A DNA stretch of 64,000 nucleotides from Tubiluchus corallicola (lineage: Eukaryota; Animalia; Priapulida), in contig JAQGDQ010000073.1 of assembly GCA_030141605.1 (NCBI GenBank), positions 124,001 to 188,000 of the forward strand, written 5' to 3'. Shown here one piece after another: positions 38,201 to 50,958 of this stretch. Position numbers and translations under genes: made by a program. The notes under the pieces were generated by a model, which did no database searches, was not told the origin of the DNA, and saw nothing but the letters and a program-made list of their open reading frames with translations. How positions within the stretch are numbered: position 1 is the first letter of the stretch; every line of letters begins with the position of its first letter.

Positions 38201-41200
38201 AGGTGCATAAGTGTTTTTTTTTTTCGTTTGTTACGGTTGTGAATCTTGTGCGTTTTTAGGCAAAAATGTTTCAGTTTCGTAATATGTTGATCAGAAACAG
38301 CTACAGCACGGACGAATTATTGAAAAAATTAAAAATTGTCAAAACAAAAATATTCAAATTGAAAAAATTTAAAGTCATCAAACAAAAATATTTAAATAAT
38401 AAAGTTGATTATGTAATTTGTAGACCAGGAATTTTATTGTAGTAATAATCACAGAAATGTAAATTATTTGAGTTTGTGTGCTCAGTATGGTTTATTGGAG
38501 ACAGTACAAAGCCACGTTAAATGACAACTCTCAATACAAAAGAGACTTTAGTTATTTTCTTCTATGGCTTCTAAATTTAGTGCTTACATTAAATTTTTTT
38601 TATTTATCATTCGTTTTAGAATAAAGAGGACGTGATTGCATCTTGGACTGGAGCACAAGCTAAGAATGATACCCGATACACGTACATCATTTCCAAGAAC
38701 GAATCCATGATATTTCGTTGGGCTTTCGTAAAAACAAATTGGGACGATGCGTACGACAGTGTCGGCAACAAAAAGTATGAATTCCGAGACGACATCGCTA
38801 TTCTGTATGAAATAACAGCGACAAACACCTTAGAAGGTGGTGCTGCTTCCTGTAGACCGTGCCGCAAGGGTGCTGGTCGAAATGCCTGCATATCTTGTCC
38901 TCCTGGCAATTATTTGGATACTAAAGATAAGACTTGTCATCGGTGCCCAACGGGAACGGTGATTGATGAAGTGAATCCTTACGGAATTGGTAAAATGACT
39001 TCTTTAGTTTTTGGGAATTCATTCACTAGACTTACATTTATCATTAACTTATAATTTCCAATTATAATGCTAGTTGGTCGACATATTTCTCAAATAAAAA
39101 TCGATAACATATGGCAAATTGAAGCAGATGCAGGTCCTTATTTTGTAATTTAGAGCTATAAGATAAGTAAAACAAGCTAGAGAAATGTCAACTAGAGTAA
39201 CACAGTAACAGCCTTAAAACAAACATATAGCCATATTTGGAAGGTGTGAATGGTAGGTATTTGCAAGCAAATAGCACACACTGATCATACATTTTGTTTC
39301 ATTAGTATATGATTTTAGGCAAACACTTTCAGACTTAAATCAGTGAGATTAAATTTCATGTATGTTATTTGCTTCAACTAGAACAGGCGCGTGCAAATTG
39401 CGGCCCGCGAATAGGTTTGTCAACGTAACGAAAGTGCGGCCCACGCGATCCAGCTGAAGTCCGCGCCACTATCGCAAAGATAGTGTGGGTAGTTTTTTCC
39501 ACTAGATCGGATGGCATTAACCCTTACAAGACCGTTGTCACTTAATGTCACTGTCGAACATGACGAAATTTAACGTTGCTTACTTGGAAACACAAAAAAG
39601 CGATGTAATCGCAGAACACAGCAAACTATCAAACTAGCAACCATTCAAATGCTCAAATGTGCAAGAAATGTGAGAAGCAATCTGATTGGCTGGTAGGAAG
39701 ACCAATTAGCCAATCTCTAGGCTTCTATTATCGGGCCTGTCTGTCCAGTCGGTATTTTACAAAATAAATTATAAATAAAATTATAAAATAACCAAGTCAA
39801 AATAATCTACCTGCTATGACCAAGAAGACGACTGGACAGACCAATTTGTAAGTAGCCAGCAAGCTGAAAAAGTGTGGTCACCCCTGATATAGGGGGATTC
39901 CCAGATTTTAGTTTCAGCTTAGGCTCAGTAGTACACGCCTCAATCAGTGGCTGTTTCATCATTTCATCAGATGTAGTGTTCTTATAGATCAGAATCATGG
40001 ATAAGAAAAAGAGGAAGATTGAAGAACAACAGCGAGTCAAAACATTAATATACACTGTACTACACAGACTGTGTGATACACATTACTAATATGCATTGTA
40101 ATGAAATTACCACTATTTGTCGTGAAAGTAGAAATATATGGTTTTTAATATAAATTTTAATAACTTCTAAAATAGTTTCTGGAGTGTAGTAATGCAGTAG
40201 TAATGACGTGCGCAAATCGGATGCAAAAATCGTTATTAGGTCCTACTGTACTTGGACCCTTGACCAAACTGTATGCGGCCCGCAGAAATTGTGGGAAAGT
40301 TTAATGTGGCCCGGCTAGTCAGATAATTTGCACACCCCTGAACTAGAAACTAATTGAATTTGACTAATTACACTTATTATTAAACTTATTTATACACAGG
40401 CTACACAACAGTGTTTTCTGTTGAACAGTAATGTTAAAGATTCCATATCTAAGCAGTAAATATCTATTCAGCTGATCTTTTAAACATTATCTACGTAGTT
40501 GCAAAAAGTTTCACCTCGTGCAATAATTTGTTTAGCTTAACAAATTGGCAACCTAGAGCCCTCATAAAAGATTGCAGAAAATTTGTGACCTAGTTATTGT
40601 CCTGTGTGGCCTCACCAACAGCTGACCTAGCCAGTAAACTGATGGATAGCTGATAGGAACATCATTTCAGGTTGGACAAATTTGCTATAACTTCTCCCAC
40701 TATTGACCTCATTAGATGTTTTTGCATCTAAGCCTGGCTAAGAGTCTTTTGCCAATCCATTGTTATAAAGGTCTATATAACCCCAACAGACATTGCAGTT
40801 TTTTAATGCATTATTATGATTACACAAATAATTCGTAATTACACAAAGATTACACAACAAAAGAGACTTGTAAATTTACTTAAAATGTTTTCTGGCAAAC
40901 TTTGAATGCATGCATTTGCATTACCGTCTTGATTGCCATGTTTTGCATCTTTGGCACGAGTGAGCGAGAATGACGTACGGGCTACCGAAAGCGTCTTTGG
41001 TGACTTTGTGACTGTTTGCATAACGTCATTCGTCTCGTGCATCGAAATATGGTGGTTCTTCAAATTTAATACCGCTAACAACGAAGTGATAAAAAATCAA
41101 AAGAAAAAAATTACAAAAGGTTTGTAATAAAATAAATTGAATATTCATAACGAGAGTAGGATTTTAAGCTGTAAAAGCTTGTATTATAGTGAGGGTTTAG

Positions 41201-44200
41201 TTTAACTTTAAATTAATGGATCCTTGATAATAAGGTTATCATAATGTGTCTTATAGAAAAGAGTTGTTGCACTGCACATGTTTTCATATGAACAGGATAA
41301 CCAAAAATTCATTAACTGTACACATTTATTTTATATTCTATATTCTTTATATGATTTTTATTTTTAGAATCCTGCAAACGGTGTGGGCCAGGTACCCGAT
41401 CCAAAGATGGCGTTATCTGCTATAGTGACTGTAAAGTTTCTGTGCCTAGTGGGAAACATTACGATTTTACAGGATTACAAGGGTAAGGTATCTACTCCAG
41501 TATAAATCTTGTTTTGTAGAGTGGCCTCCTGCGCTCGGCCTTTAAGTCAATGACTCTCACTTCTATATTGCTTTGAGGTGAGTGCAGCACAAATATAAAT
41601 AAAGAATAAAGACTTTTGTACCATTTTTAATGGTTGTTATAATTAGGACTACTATTATTTTGTGTTGGAGTGTGATGAATAGTCTTGTGCTTTTTGTATG
41701 TGCTTAGTGACTGAAGTCAAGCATCTGCCACTGAGCCAACAGAGGTTGTAATCAATGAGAAAGTTTTGCTACATCCGTGTGCGATGACTGCATCTTTTAA
41801 TGCTGGAATGTCTTGCAGAGTGCCAAAAGTGTTTAAAGAGATGTTTATTGCATGCTATTTTAAAACTGGCACTCACTTTATGCAACTTTAGAAATTTTGT
41901 TCAAAAATTCTGAAAAAATGTTTTAAAATATAGCTGTGTTTTTGTTAGTCTAATTTTGTGAAATCACTATCAGTTCTGTTCTCAAGAATACACAATAGGC
42001 TAAAAAACTGTAAGAATGCACAATGTAGAAATATTGTGTGTTGTTTGCTAATAACATTTTTCATCTTAAACAATGGAGAAAATGCACTGCCTTTCCCACA
42101 TGGCATAAACTCTGCAAGGAACACTGAATGTTATTGGTTTTTAGTTAATATTATAATCAGTGCATTTTTCACACAAGCAGTCAAATAACTCCTTCTTGAA
42201 ATAAACCTGTAAGCTTTAAATACAGAATAGGACAGGTGCTACTGACTTCAAATGAAATTGTCACAGTACGGTTTCTGCCATACGTTCCTGATAGGTGAGA
42301 GTTAAATATTTTTAGGCTGACTAAATTGTGTTGAATAAGCTTATGACACTTTAGCAAAGTTGTGTAAGCAATGTATTTGCTTGCATCACTTATTTACTTT
42401 CAGGCATTAAAACTTAGATCTGATCTCCCACATATGGTTGTTGAACTTAACATTTTGAAGCTAGTAAGAGATTTAGTATTATTGGTAAGGCAGTGTGAGA
42501 TTCACAGAGTAGCTGTATGAAATTCTTTGTTGTCGTGAGCATTTTTTAACAGTTAAGGACCAATTATATATGTTAATGTCTTCCCTAATTTCTTTTTGAT
42601 GTAACCTTTATAAAAAAAAGAATAAGAGTTCTGTAATTGCTGCTCATTTGTTTATTGCAGCACGTACAGGATGCATGGGTCTCCACTGTTTACAGCAAGC
42701 GGCACTGGATATTACCATCTTTTCAATATATCTCTTTGTGGTCATCCCTCACAAAATACTGGTGTGCGCTGCATGAACAATGCTACTACAGATAGTTTAG
42801 TACGTTGGATATTTATTGATTTTTTTTTTACCTAACTGGCTGCGCTTAATTATCTGGCCAACTCCTGATGAATATTTTAGCTGCTACATGATGGCGTGAC
42901 CTTTGGGGCAATTTTCAAGAAATTTTTGTTATGTAGCTGTTTCGCAATAACATATTTGCAGCTCATACATTTAATTCCAAAGCGCAGACTTTCATTTGAA
43001 ACAGTGTTTCTGCAACCATATGAGCCAATGACTCAAATATTTGCCGAAAAGTGGAGCTTGGTTTACATAATTTAGGTAAAATTCATCAAATGATAGGGAA
43101 AAAGTTGATTAACTATAATAAATTGTCACTTAATGCACTGTTGGAGATAAAAATTTTTGTTGGTTGGTTTTGAGCTTGGGAGATGTGGGCAGAAACACTG
43201 TATTGCTCATGAAGTATTTACTGCCATAGTATACTGGTGCTTGCAAGTATTAAGACTAAAAAATTACTACAAAATTTTAGACTGTACATATTTAGATTGA
43301 TTTACAATTGGATGTAAAATTGTTTAACTGTTTGTCAAGAATTTGTTAATTTACAAGAAAATTGGAAGTATTTTTTTTGTTCAGGTGGCAAACGTTTTCG
43401 TTAATTAGAGTAGTGTGGAGACTAAATTCAACTGAGGAATTCAGTTTTTCATGCATCTCATGTGTCTCATTTACTTGTTGCCCGAAGTGAAGCAATTGCC
43501 ATAGAATAGCAGAAGTGAGTGTATGAAGGCAAAGAGGGGAGATCGTTGTGAAATGTGAAAAAACTGCAAGGATTTGGTAACTGCTAAAACTAACCAAACT
43601 TATAATATGCATGGGTTAGTTAGATTTTTCTGGCCCTGGGCATGACTGGTTTGTTTGTTTAAAAAAAATTTGCATTCTACTTATGGATTTTTAAGTGTTA
43701 TGTGGTTGAAAGTGACATATACAGTAGAGAAAGCAGAAGTGTAGTGAACAGTGTTAAATTGTATTATTTCAGATAAGCAGGGACTACAAAAAACGTAAAG
43801 TGTAGGGCTTGAACGTATTGTGTACACATTGAAATCCATACACAGTTTTTATACAGTAGATGCTCAAAGTGTTTTTGTAGCAGAAAGTGACTTTTGGGGA
43901 TAACAGGTCAATGTCACCTATCAATGTTTCGATTAGCCTTGAGACTTTTGTATATCGAACGAGTGACTTGCTCGATAAAGAGTTAACGTGAACAGAATGA
44001 AGGGCATTAATACATAACCTGATACTTGTTGAAATTGTTAGTGTCCTTCTCTTGCACATCTCTGTAACTTTCACATATTTGCTGGTTGGTGCCTTGCATT
44101 CATTGTTTATTTGTTTAGTATCAACTGTAGTAGAAATGACTGCAACTATAGCTCATACAGTGGTTGACGGTGATGATGATTCCAAGCAGTACTTGCTTAA

Positions 44201-47200
44201 GGTTGCATACACCTCAAGCTTGGAGTAATTTTGTGCACATAAATTATTAATCTATGCTTTTTAGGGCGATAAAGACAATAGCAGCATGTCAGTTGATGCA
44301 CTAGTATGTAGAACAACCATCATACCTCGTAAAGACGCAAAGGGCAAGGGTGGAGTTCTTGCTGCGCAGTCTGTCAGCCTCGGTGACTATTTGGTTGCTG
44401 TTACACACATGTCTGTCTATGGAGACATTCATGCAATGAAAGCACCTTTAATTAGTTCAGGTACTTTATTGAGAACTTTATAAATGTATGCAATGCGAGA
44501 TGGTAAGTTTGTGTTACATGTTTTGAACTTGAGAGTGCAAAGAGTTGTGTGGCTTCATTTTCTTCCTTAAAGATCAAATTCAAACTAATTCATAAATGTC
44601 TGAGTTCACCTCATAAACTGAGGGAAAATGCTCTAAAATTTTCTGATACTTAAATAAGATTTTGTTTCTGAAGAAAGGCTGAAACCCCATTTTGCATATT
44701 TTATTCATTAGATGGCATTATAGGGTGAGATCCTTTAGTTTTGCCAGAGCTTGGATACTAGTTGTCGTAGTTAGTCTTTCTCATGGAATACAGTGTTTTT
44801 TCAGAGGGCAACCAGTTTTTATGTTGATTTGCTTTATCTTCAGCCTCTTTCATTATTCAGCTCATTTTATGAAGTAAAAGCGTTACGTTGTTATGTTGTT
44901 TACAATTTCAGTGCCAGTAAACTGAGCAGTATGCTGCAGTAGTGCCAATTCTACTTTTTCTATAGTTTCCCGAGCAAAATGTTTTGAGAAAGGCTCATTT
45001 TCAAGGCCCAGGTTTATTGACAATGAAGCTATCTAATGTAGTCAAACAAGTATCACATTTCAAGTTATGCCTTGACTTTTAATTAACAAAACTTATAAAA
45101 ATGATAACTTGAACCTTTAAGTTTAGATAAATTTCTTTTAAGTGATGACAGTAAATTGTATATCCTGTCTTTCTCGTTCAGTAAAAGGCAGTATTGAGAA
45201 TACTTTTTGTCAGATAATAATGCTACTTGCTTTAAGGCTAACAGGGAAATTTGTTAAATTAACTTGCATACCAAAAAGAGGGTTGTGGCATCACATACAG
45301 AAGTTTTGTACAGAGTGCCACTGTGCTGTCATTACAAACGGTTTAGGCACTTTCTTTTTTTTGTTTATTTATTTAGTCAGCAGCTGCTGGTCTTAGTTTG
45401 AACTATTTTCTGTTTTTAGGTGGCATAAAGAAAGGAACGATCCACTTTTATTATCGATCATTAGGGTATGTAGTCTCTTTTAATGAGTATGAAGAAAGGC
45501 CTCGTGTTCTCAGTATTTTGTACGCTGTGATTTTTATATGTTTAGACGTGCAACCAGTTTGAGCATTTGAATTTTGTACGTACTGGTTTTAAAACTGCAT
45601 CAGCTTTTCAGTATTGTTCAATGTGTTTTAATCTTTTATTTAAATTTTGTTCTGTATTTGATGATATTCAGGTAATTTTCTTGATGAAAAATTTAATACA
45701 TGAGTATATTGTAGGTGAATTATAAGAAATTTATCTATTAGAATCACATACAAATATCATTTTTTAACTACTCACAAAAACTGAATTTAATTACCAAAGA
45801 TGAACTTTTCTTACTTTTGTTCTCGTGGTTAATACTTATACTTATACTTGCTGTATAAACTACATTTGCTTATTACACCAGCATACATGAGTATTTTAAA
45901 GTTTAGTAAATTATTAATAATTTAATAATGATATGAAGCTCGGTTGTGTGCAATACTGTAAATGATGGCAAAAAGTCCTACAGATGATCTAAACGTGATT
46001 CTTAGTTTTGGAAATATTTCAATCTGTAAATTTTGTTTACTCGCATTTGTAATTTTAACTTTCTTACTGAATTGTTTAATGTGATTTTGCAATAAAATTG
46101 CTGAATTCAACAAGTTCCTGCAGAGAATTAAGTGTTTCTAGGCTTTCCAGTTCATTCAGTTATTCGGCCAGTTTTTCAAATCACTTTTGATTAGTCGCAG
46201 AATCCCCATCAATTTTCTGCATTTGCAGGACAACACAAGCCTGTCCAAACGGCCGTAGCAGCATCATCGCTATGCACTGTAATACAAGCTATGAAGATCA
46301 CGGCAGTTTAGTGATGCCGTCAGTTTGTCAAGACGCGACATGTGATGGGTGCACATTTCAGTTTCATTGGATCAGCAAGTATGCCTGCCCAATCTGCACA
46401 GGTTTGTTTGCAATGTGATCTTGCTATTTTAGAGAAACATGTGGATGCAAGTCAAACTAAACTGTCACTACAATATACGCTTTTATAACTTAAAATCCCA
46501 CTCTCATTACAAATATTCAATGTGTTTTATTGTAAACTTATTGTAAAACTTGTTTCTTTCGATTTTTTATCACTTCGTTATTCCCGGGATTAAATTGAAG
46601 AACCTCATCAAATGTGATTTTAAGCTGCTATTATGTAGTAATAAATCCATTGTAATTTCAAATGTAAAACATACAATTGTGACCATTTAACACATTAATA
46701 TTTTGAGAGCTCTGAGGTTTCTATTAATCTTTGTAATTATTGATATTATTGTGTTATTAACTTAACATTGTTAATTTTTTTTATTATTGTTTAGAAAGTA
46801 AACTTTTCTTTTTTGTGACGTGTGTATTAAGTATAGAAATTTCATTTAAGCAGCACTCTGCTTCTGTGCTGACTATTGCTTTACCTTGTTTTTGCCATTT
46901 ATAGAGAGTGATTATGAAAAGGTTAAAGGAGAATGTAAACACGGCAAGCAAAAGATTCATTTAGTCAAGCCCAAGTAAGTACAATAAACTATGTAACGCA
47001 GATCATTAGGTATCACGGGTTAGATCTGTAGTACTTGGATTCATCACTTCATGTATGTATGCTTAGTGATCAGAGTTAAATAATGCTTGGTCTGGTTAGT
47101 AAGTAGATGGGTGAATGCTGGGAAAATTGTCTCCAAAAGGTTTCATCTTCATATTGCTTTGTCTGTTTTTTTTCATTGAGGGAACACATAAGTTTGTAAC

Positions 47201-50200
47201 GCACCTTTAAAATTTTCATGCTCCTTAGTGTCATCTGTTAGAATGATAATGGTATATGTTCCAGTTTTACCGCATTTGTGCAACATGGACAATAGGCTCT
47301 GTCATTGAGTGCTGGAACTTGGCCTGCGGTGTATCAGTCTGAAAAAAGCAGTTTTACTGTGTATTTATTAACAGTACTATGGAACAAAATATATTTGTAA
47401 CAAGGTTATGTCATCTTTAGCTTTTTTGGGTGCAACTGTCTCTGTTTTCTCAGAAAAATCCTGTTTGAAACCTCAAACCAATCTTGCTCTACCAAGTCTA
47501 CAATATGGCATTTCCAGAAAATGCCAGGGATTTAATGATTAAAACCCCAGCATCAATAGTCAATTTTGTATTATAGAGTCAGAAGCCATTTACAAAATTT
47601 CTGCTTTGTTAAAGCTTGATACAATAGCCTTTCCTAAGCAATATTCATTTCATCAGTGATGCTACCATCACTCAAAATATTGCTCATTGGGAAACCGTAG
47701 TTTCAAGCAAAAAAAATTATCATTTAGTAATAATTTACTGAGCAAAAGTAATCAATTATCGACATTTTCTGACATTTTTCACCGAGTAATCGATTGCTGA
47801 CATTTTCTGGCATTTTTCGCCAAATAACTGATTACTGACATTTTTCACCGAGTAATTGATTACGCCCACTACTGGGAATGTCGACTAAACAACTGAAACT
47901 TCAAGAAAATATGAGTTCCTTGTTATGCTGCGATTTTTATGCGCAGCTACTACGTAAAGCATTTTAATCTAATCTTAATTTCAGGGGATGCTACGAGAAA
48001 GAACCACCAATAGAGAAGCAGCAAGCTTGCTCTATCATTACATTACAAATACAGATAATCATCGGTGCTGCTGTTGGTCTGGGCTTCATCCTAGTTGTTA
48101 TGGTACTCTTCTTTTGGAACAAGAATCGAAAGTATGTAACTTTGTTTGTGTTTTTATTTGAATTACTATTTTTGGCTCTGGCCATTTCTCATTCCATTCG
48201 TTGTTTGTTTGATTTGTTGCCATGAACTATGACATTTGTGCTGTTAGAATAATTTTTAATGTTCCAATTTCCATTTAACAAAAATGTTTCCCATATTGCA
48301 CTTTAGATTAGAATACAAATACATGAAGTTAGTGAGTCAGTCTGAGAAGGGAGGAGAGGGTGAACTACCTGCTGCCGATTCTTGCGCTCTTGATGATGAT
48401 GAAGAGGAACAATACGACAGTGTTGAGTTCAGTAACAGTTCTGGTGGAACTGGTCGCAAACTGTACAATAAATTGAAGTCGATTGCTTCAAAGGTGAGTG
48501 TTTAACTGCTATATATTTAAAAGATGGTTTACATACAGTAGGTATGTTGAATTACTTAAACGAGTAAGTTTTCATTTTTGACAAACTTAACATATTTTTC
48601 AAGCCATCTACGACTGCATTTTGTAGGGCATTCCAACTGTATCTATGAGATTCCAACAGTTTAATTAAAATTCTCTAAATGTTCTAATCTTCTACCATTT
48701 AAATATGTTTAACACATTTACATTACATTGTTTTTGAAGTTAACATGTGCTTTTGGTAGGCCTACAATATCTACTTTGTTTTTCTTATTCATTGCTAGAC
48801 TATCAATAAGCAGAACATGAATCCTTGTAGTGAATTACTGAATCTATAATGCATTGCACTCTAATTATTTTTTCCATTTTTATTATCATGATTCGTTTTG
48901 TTTTTACACATATACGTGTCTGCTGTAGAACTAAGTGCTATTAGGCTGCCATATTTTCTCTTCTCCCTTTCAGTAATTAAATTAGAGTTTCTTGAGAGAG
49001 TGCGGTATGTAAATGTTTTAGTTTTATTTCAATTGATTGTTCTGTTATTGTGTTCAGCTATTGCATTTACCATTGCATTTTAACATTTTAGTTCGATTTT
49101 GAAGTTATTAATTTTGTTTCTTCCTTATTTGTCAAATTGATTTTATGTACATTTATTTTGTTATTATTTTAACATTTGATACCTTTGCTGCATTTCTTTC
49201 TGATTAATCACTGAATTAATATAATTACTTAATTCGTGGTTTAATTGAGATGCTGATAACCAGTGATATAGTAGAGTTTGAGTCATCTTTGTCTAAGTCA
49301 CAACCAAGTCTGAATAAACTTGAGTCTCTTTAGTTTTATTGATTTCAAAAGAAAACATAGCAGACAGTGATAGGAGGCCCATTTTTATGAAATACAAAAG
49401 CTGGTAAAGCGCTTGTACTGAATTTTTAAATTTAAATATTGAATTTTTTAAAATTCGTTGCATTTGAGAAGTATTAATGCATTTAGCACCGCCGAACATA
49501 GCTTATGCTCAGGTGCATAGTAAAAGTACCACAAGATCTTGTGAAAGGTGAGAATACAGCGCTCACTGAAATAACATGTAACAAAATTTATAGGCACACT
49601 ATGGTCTTCTTCAAATGCCTGTTTTTAACACAATTTTATGCTCATCGTTTTCATTTAAGATAATACGCAGCCCAGCACACAGTTTTTCCATGCACACATA
49701 AATTGCTTATCTACATCTGCTGGTTTAAATTTAATGTATGTTGGATATTCCAGTACCAAGTTCTAAATTACTGCTGATGACAATGCATCCTTACTAACAC
49801 AATCACGTTTAGTTATGGGCTACGTAAAACTTGTTAAGGGAACATTCTCGTGATCATTTTCACTATTAATTGAGATCATCATCATCATTAATGTGATTTT
49901 CCATTGTCGTCTGGCAAAGATTGAAGCAGTAGTTGAACTTAAATTTTTGGAGCATCCCTATAATTGCAACAGTTAAAAACTGCTTTACAGTAAGTCCTCG
50001 CTTAATGACGCTAATGCAAAGTGCAACGTTAAGCGAAATGCCGTTAAACGAAGCCAAGACTTCCATAGAAAGCAATGTAAAAGAGCTGAGATACATTCCA
50101 GAGGCAGACATCAATACTGCTTAAATCATATAAATTAAAGGTTTTATGAGTTTTACTCATGTTTCTACTGATTAATTTCTTTCTGTTTGCTTGAAACCAC

Positions 50201-50958
50201 CTATATATCTTACAAGCCTAGCTAGCAGTTTCTCTTTCGTTAACATTTATGTCTAGGCAGCGGTTAGACAATAAACAATGCAGTCACTGCAGCAGAGTCA
50301 TTGTCAAGCGCAGGGCGACTGCTGGACGACCTTGGGAATTTTATCTAGGCTGGCTACTACAGGCTGTAGGCAAAATTCCTTGCATAAAGTTTGCAGCCAG
50401 ATCTCGCTGGATACAAATATGCCATACGGCTAGCATTTAGTGCTCAGTCAGGAAGCAAAAATGTTTACTGTACTTGTATAATAATTGCGCTGTTTAGGTT
50501 ACTACCTACTAGTGCGTTTTTAGAACAGAATAATGCAACATGTACTATTCTAATGCATCAAATTAAGTAAAAAAGTTGTTGATAAAATGAAAATTCACTT
50601 GGAGCAAAGTAAAAAATCAACGTTAAAATGAAACAGTGTGTCGTTAGGTGAAAAAAGGTTCAGCGTTGACTTACTGTATTTGAAAATGAAAAATAAAATA
50701 CATTTTTTGAGCTTTTTATTTAAAAGTCCAAGTGCCACTTACTATCAGTTAATTGCCTAAGGTTCTGAAAAAAAGTTTGACTACTCTATTCTCCATGTTT
50801 ACTTTATTGAATTGATCATCAAATTCCAGTTTTTTAATGAGATTAAGTGATAATTATGACAATATACGTTATGTAAATAATATTGTTGCTCTTTGCAGGA
50901 TGAATCTGACAACCCCTTTGAAAATATCAAGCTGACAGAGAAAACACAACTTACGTAG
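29260..50958 (+). CDS. ELAPOR: ELAPOR1/2 (KIAA1324/UPF0577) family type I membrane protein, 21 coding exons, about 1016 aa
   Basis: Exons 29260-29376, 30102-30225, 31541-31766, 32155-32302, 32430-32516, 32869-32977, 33209-33358, 34373-34461, 34635-34815, 35982-36086, 37991-38202, 38620-38989, 41368-41482, 42661-42799, 44265-44460, 45420-45465, 46229-46401, 46905-46974, 47985-48131, 48307-48493, 50899-50958 sum to 3051 nt in one frame. Signal peptide; FHYEFTECD..GGRWRV; GTYSLGGGVRF.EW..LPEGF; GKNVLYWRT; GVAYTS.C..C; FTASGTGYYHLFNISLC; TCDGCTF.F.W; TM helix then WNKNRKLEYKYMKLV and LPAADSCA. Paralog 1 vs 2 cannot be assigned. Confidence 0.94.
30800..31090 (+). mobile_element. Possible piggyBac-like 3' remnant (Cys-rich C-terminal domain)
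   Basis: KTCVSC / FCHKICCNRC...CICKLC across a frameshift resembles the piggyBac cysteine-rich domain. The region ends ...CCAGTTAGAG|TTAA. No matching left TIR found. Confidence 0.4.
34052..34332. mobile_element. Tc1/mariner-pogo superfamily MITE
   Basis: Perfect 29-bp TIR CCGTATTTTCCCGTGTATAAGAGACCCTT with TA on both sides, plus internal copies of GGGGTCTCTTATAC. Confidence 0.92.
34975..35665 (+). mobile_element. Penelope-like retroelement relic with inverted pseudo-LTR
   Basis: About 170-bp inverted repeats (34975-35145 vs 35500-35665) flank CEHVGISSRTGKK...HEHICAYGHQADFDNFSIV...LLIRASL...PSLNVQSSSIPLTLF, which resembles the GIY-YIG endonuclease C-terminus of Penelope elements. Confidence 0.85.
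39384..40340 (+). mobile_element. hAT (Charlie/SPIN/Buster-like) non-autonomous element
   Basis: TIRs CAGGCGCGTGCAAATT and AATTTGCACACCCCTG. Perfect 8-bp TSD AACTAGAA (39376-39383, 40341-40348). Subterminal GCGGCCC motifs. Residual MDKKKRKIEEQQR transposase start near 39998. Confidence 0.92.
47072..47128 (+). pseudogene. Degenerate 5S rRNA-derived segment (pseudogene or SINE3 head)
   Basis: GTTAAATAATGCTTGGTCTGGTTAGTAAGTAGATGGGTGAATGCTGGGAA follows the 5S internal control region pattern (G[CT]TAAGC...GCCTGGTTAGTACTTGGATGGG.GACCGCCTGGGAA) with many substitutions. Confidence 0.55.
47738..47875. repeat. Short tandem array (about 40-bp unit, about 3 copies), possibly a transposon subterminal region
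   Basis: Repeats of GTAATCGATTACTGACATTTTCTGACATTTTTCACCGA, ending ...GCCCACTACTG. Confidence 0.6.
49988..50676 (+). mobile_element. pogo/Tigger-like MITE, copy B
   Basis: TA|CAGTAAGTCCTCGCTTAATG...GACTTACTG|TA; homologous along its length to 8051-8745. Confidence 0.85.

Noticed and set aside
41663-41741. Box C/D snoRNA candidate (TGTTGG..GTGATGA...CTGA.CCAACA)
   Set aside because: Stem spacing does not fit a k-turn, no C' box, and no antisense rRNA guide recognised. A snoscan run would settle it.
43773-43799. Possible 27-nt in-frame micro-exon (ISRDYKKRK) in ELAPOR
   Set aside because: Acceptor is good but the donor GTGTAG is weak, and the gene model is complete without it.
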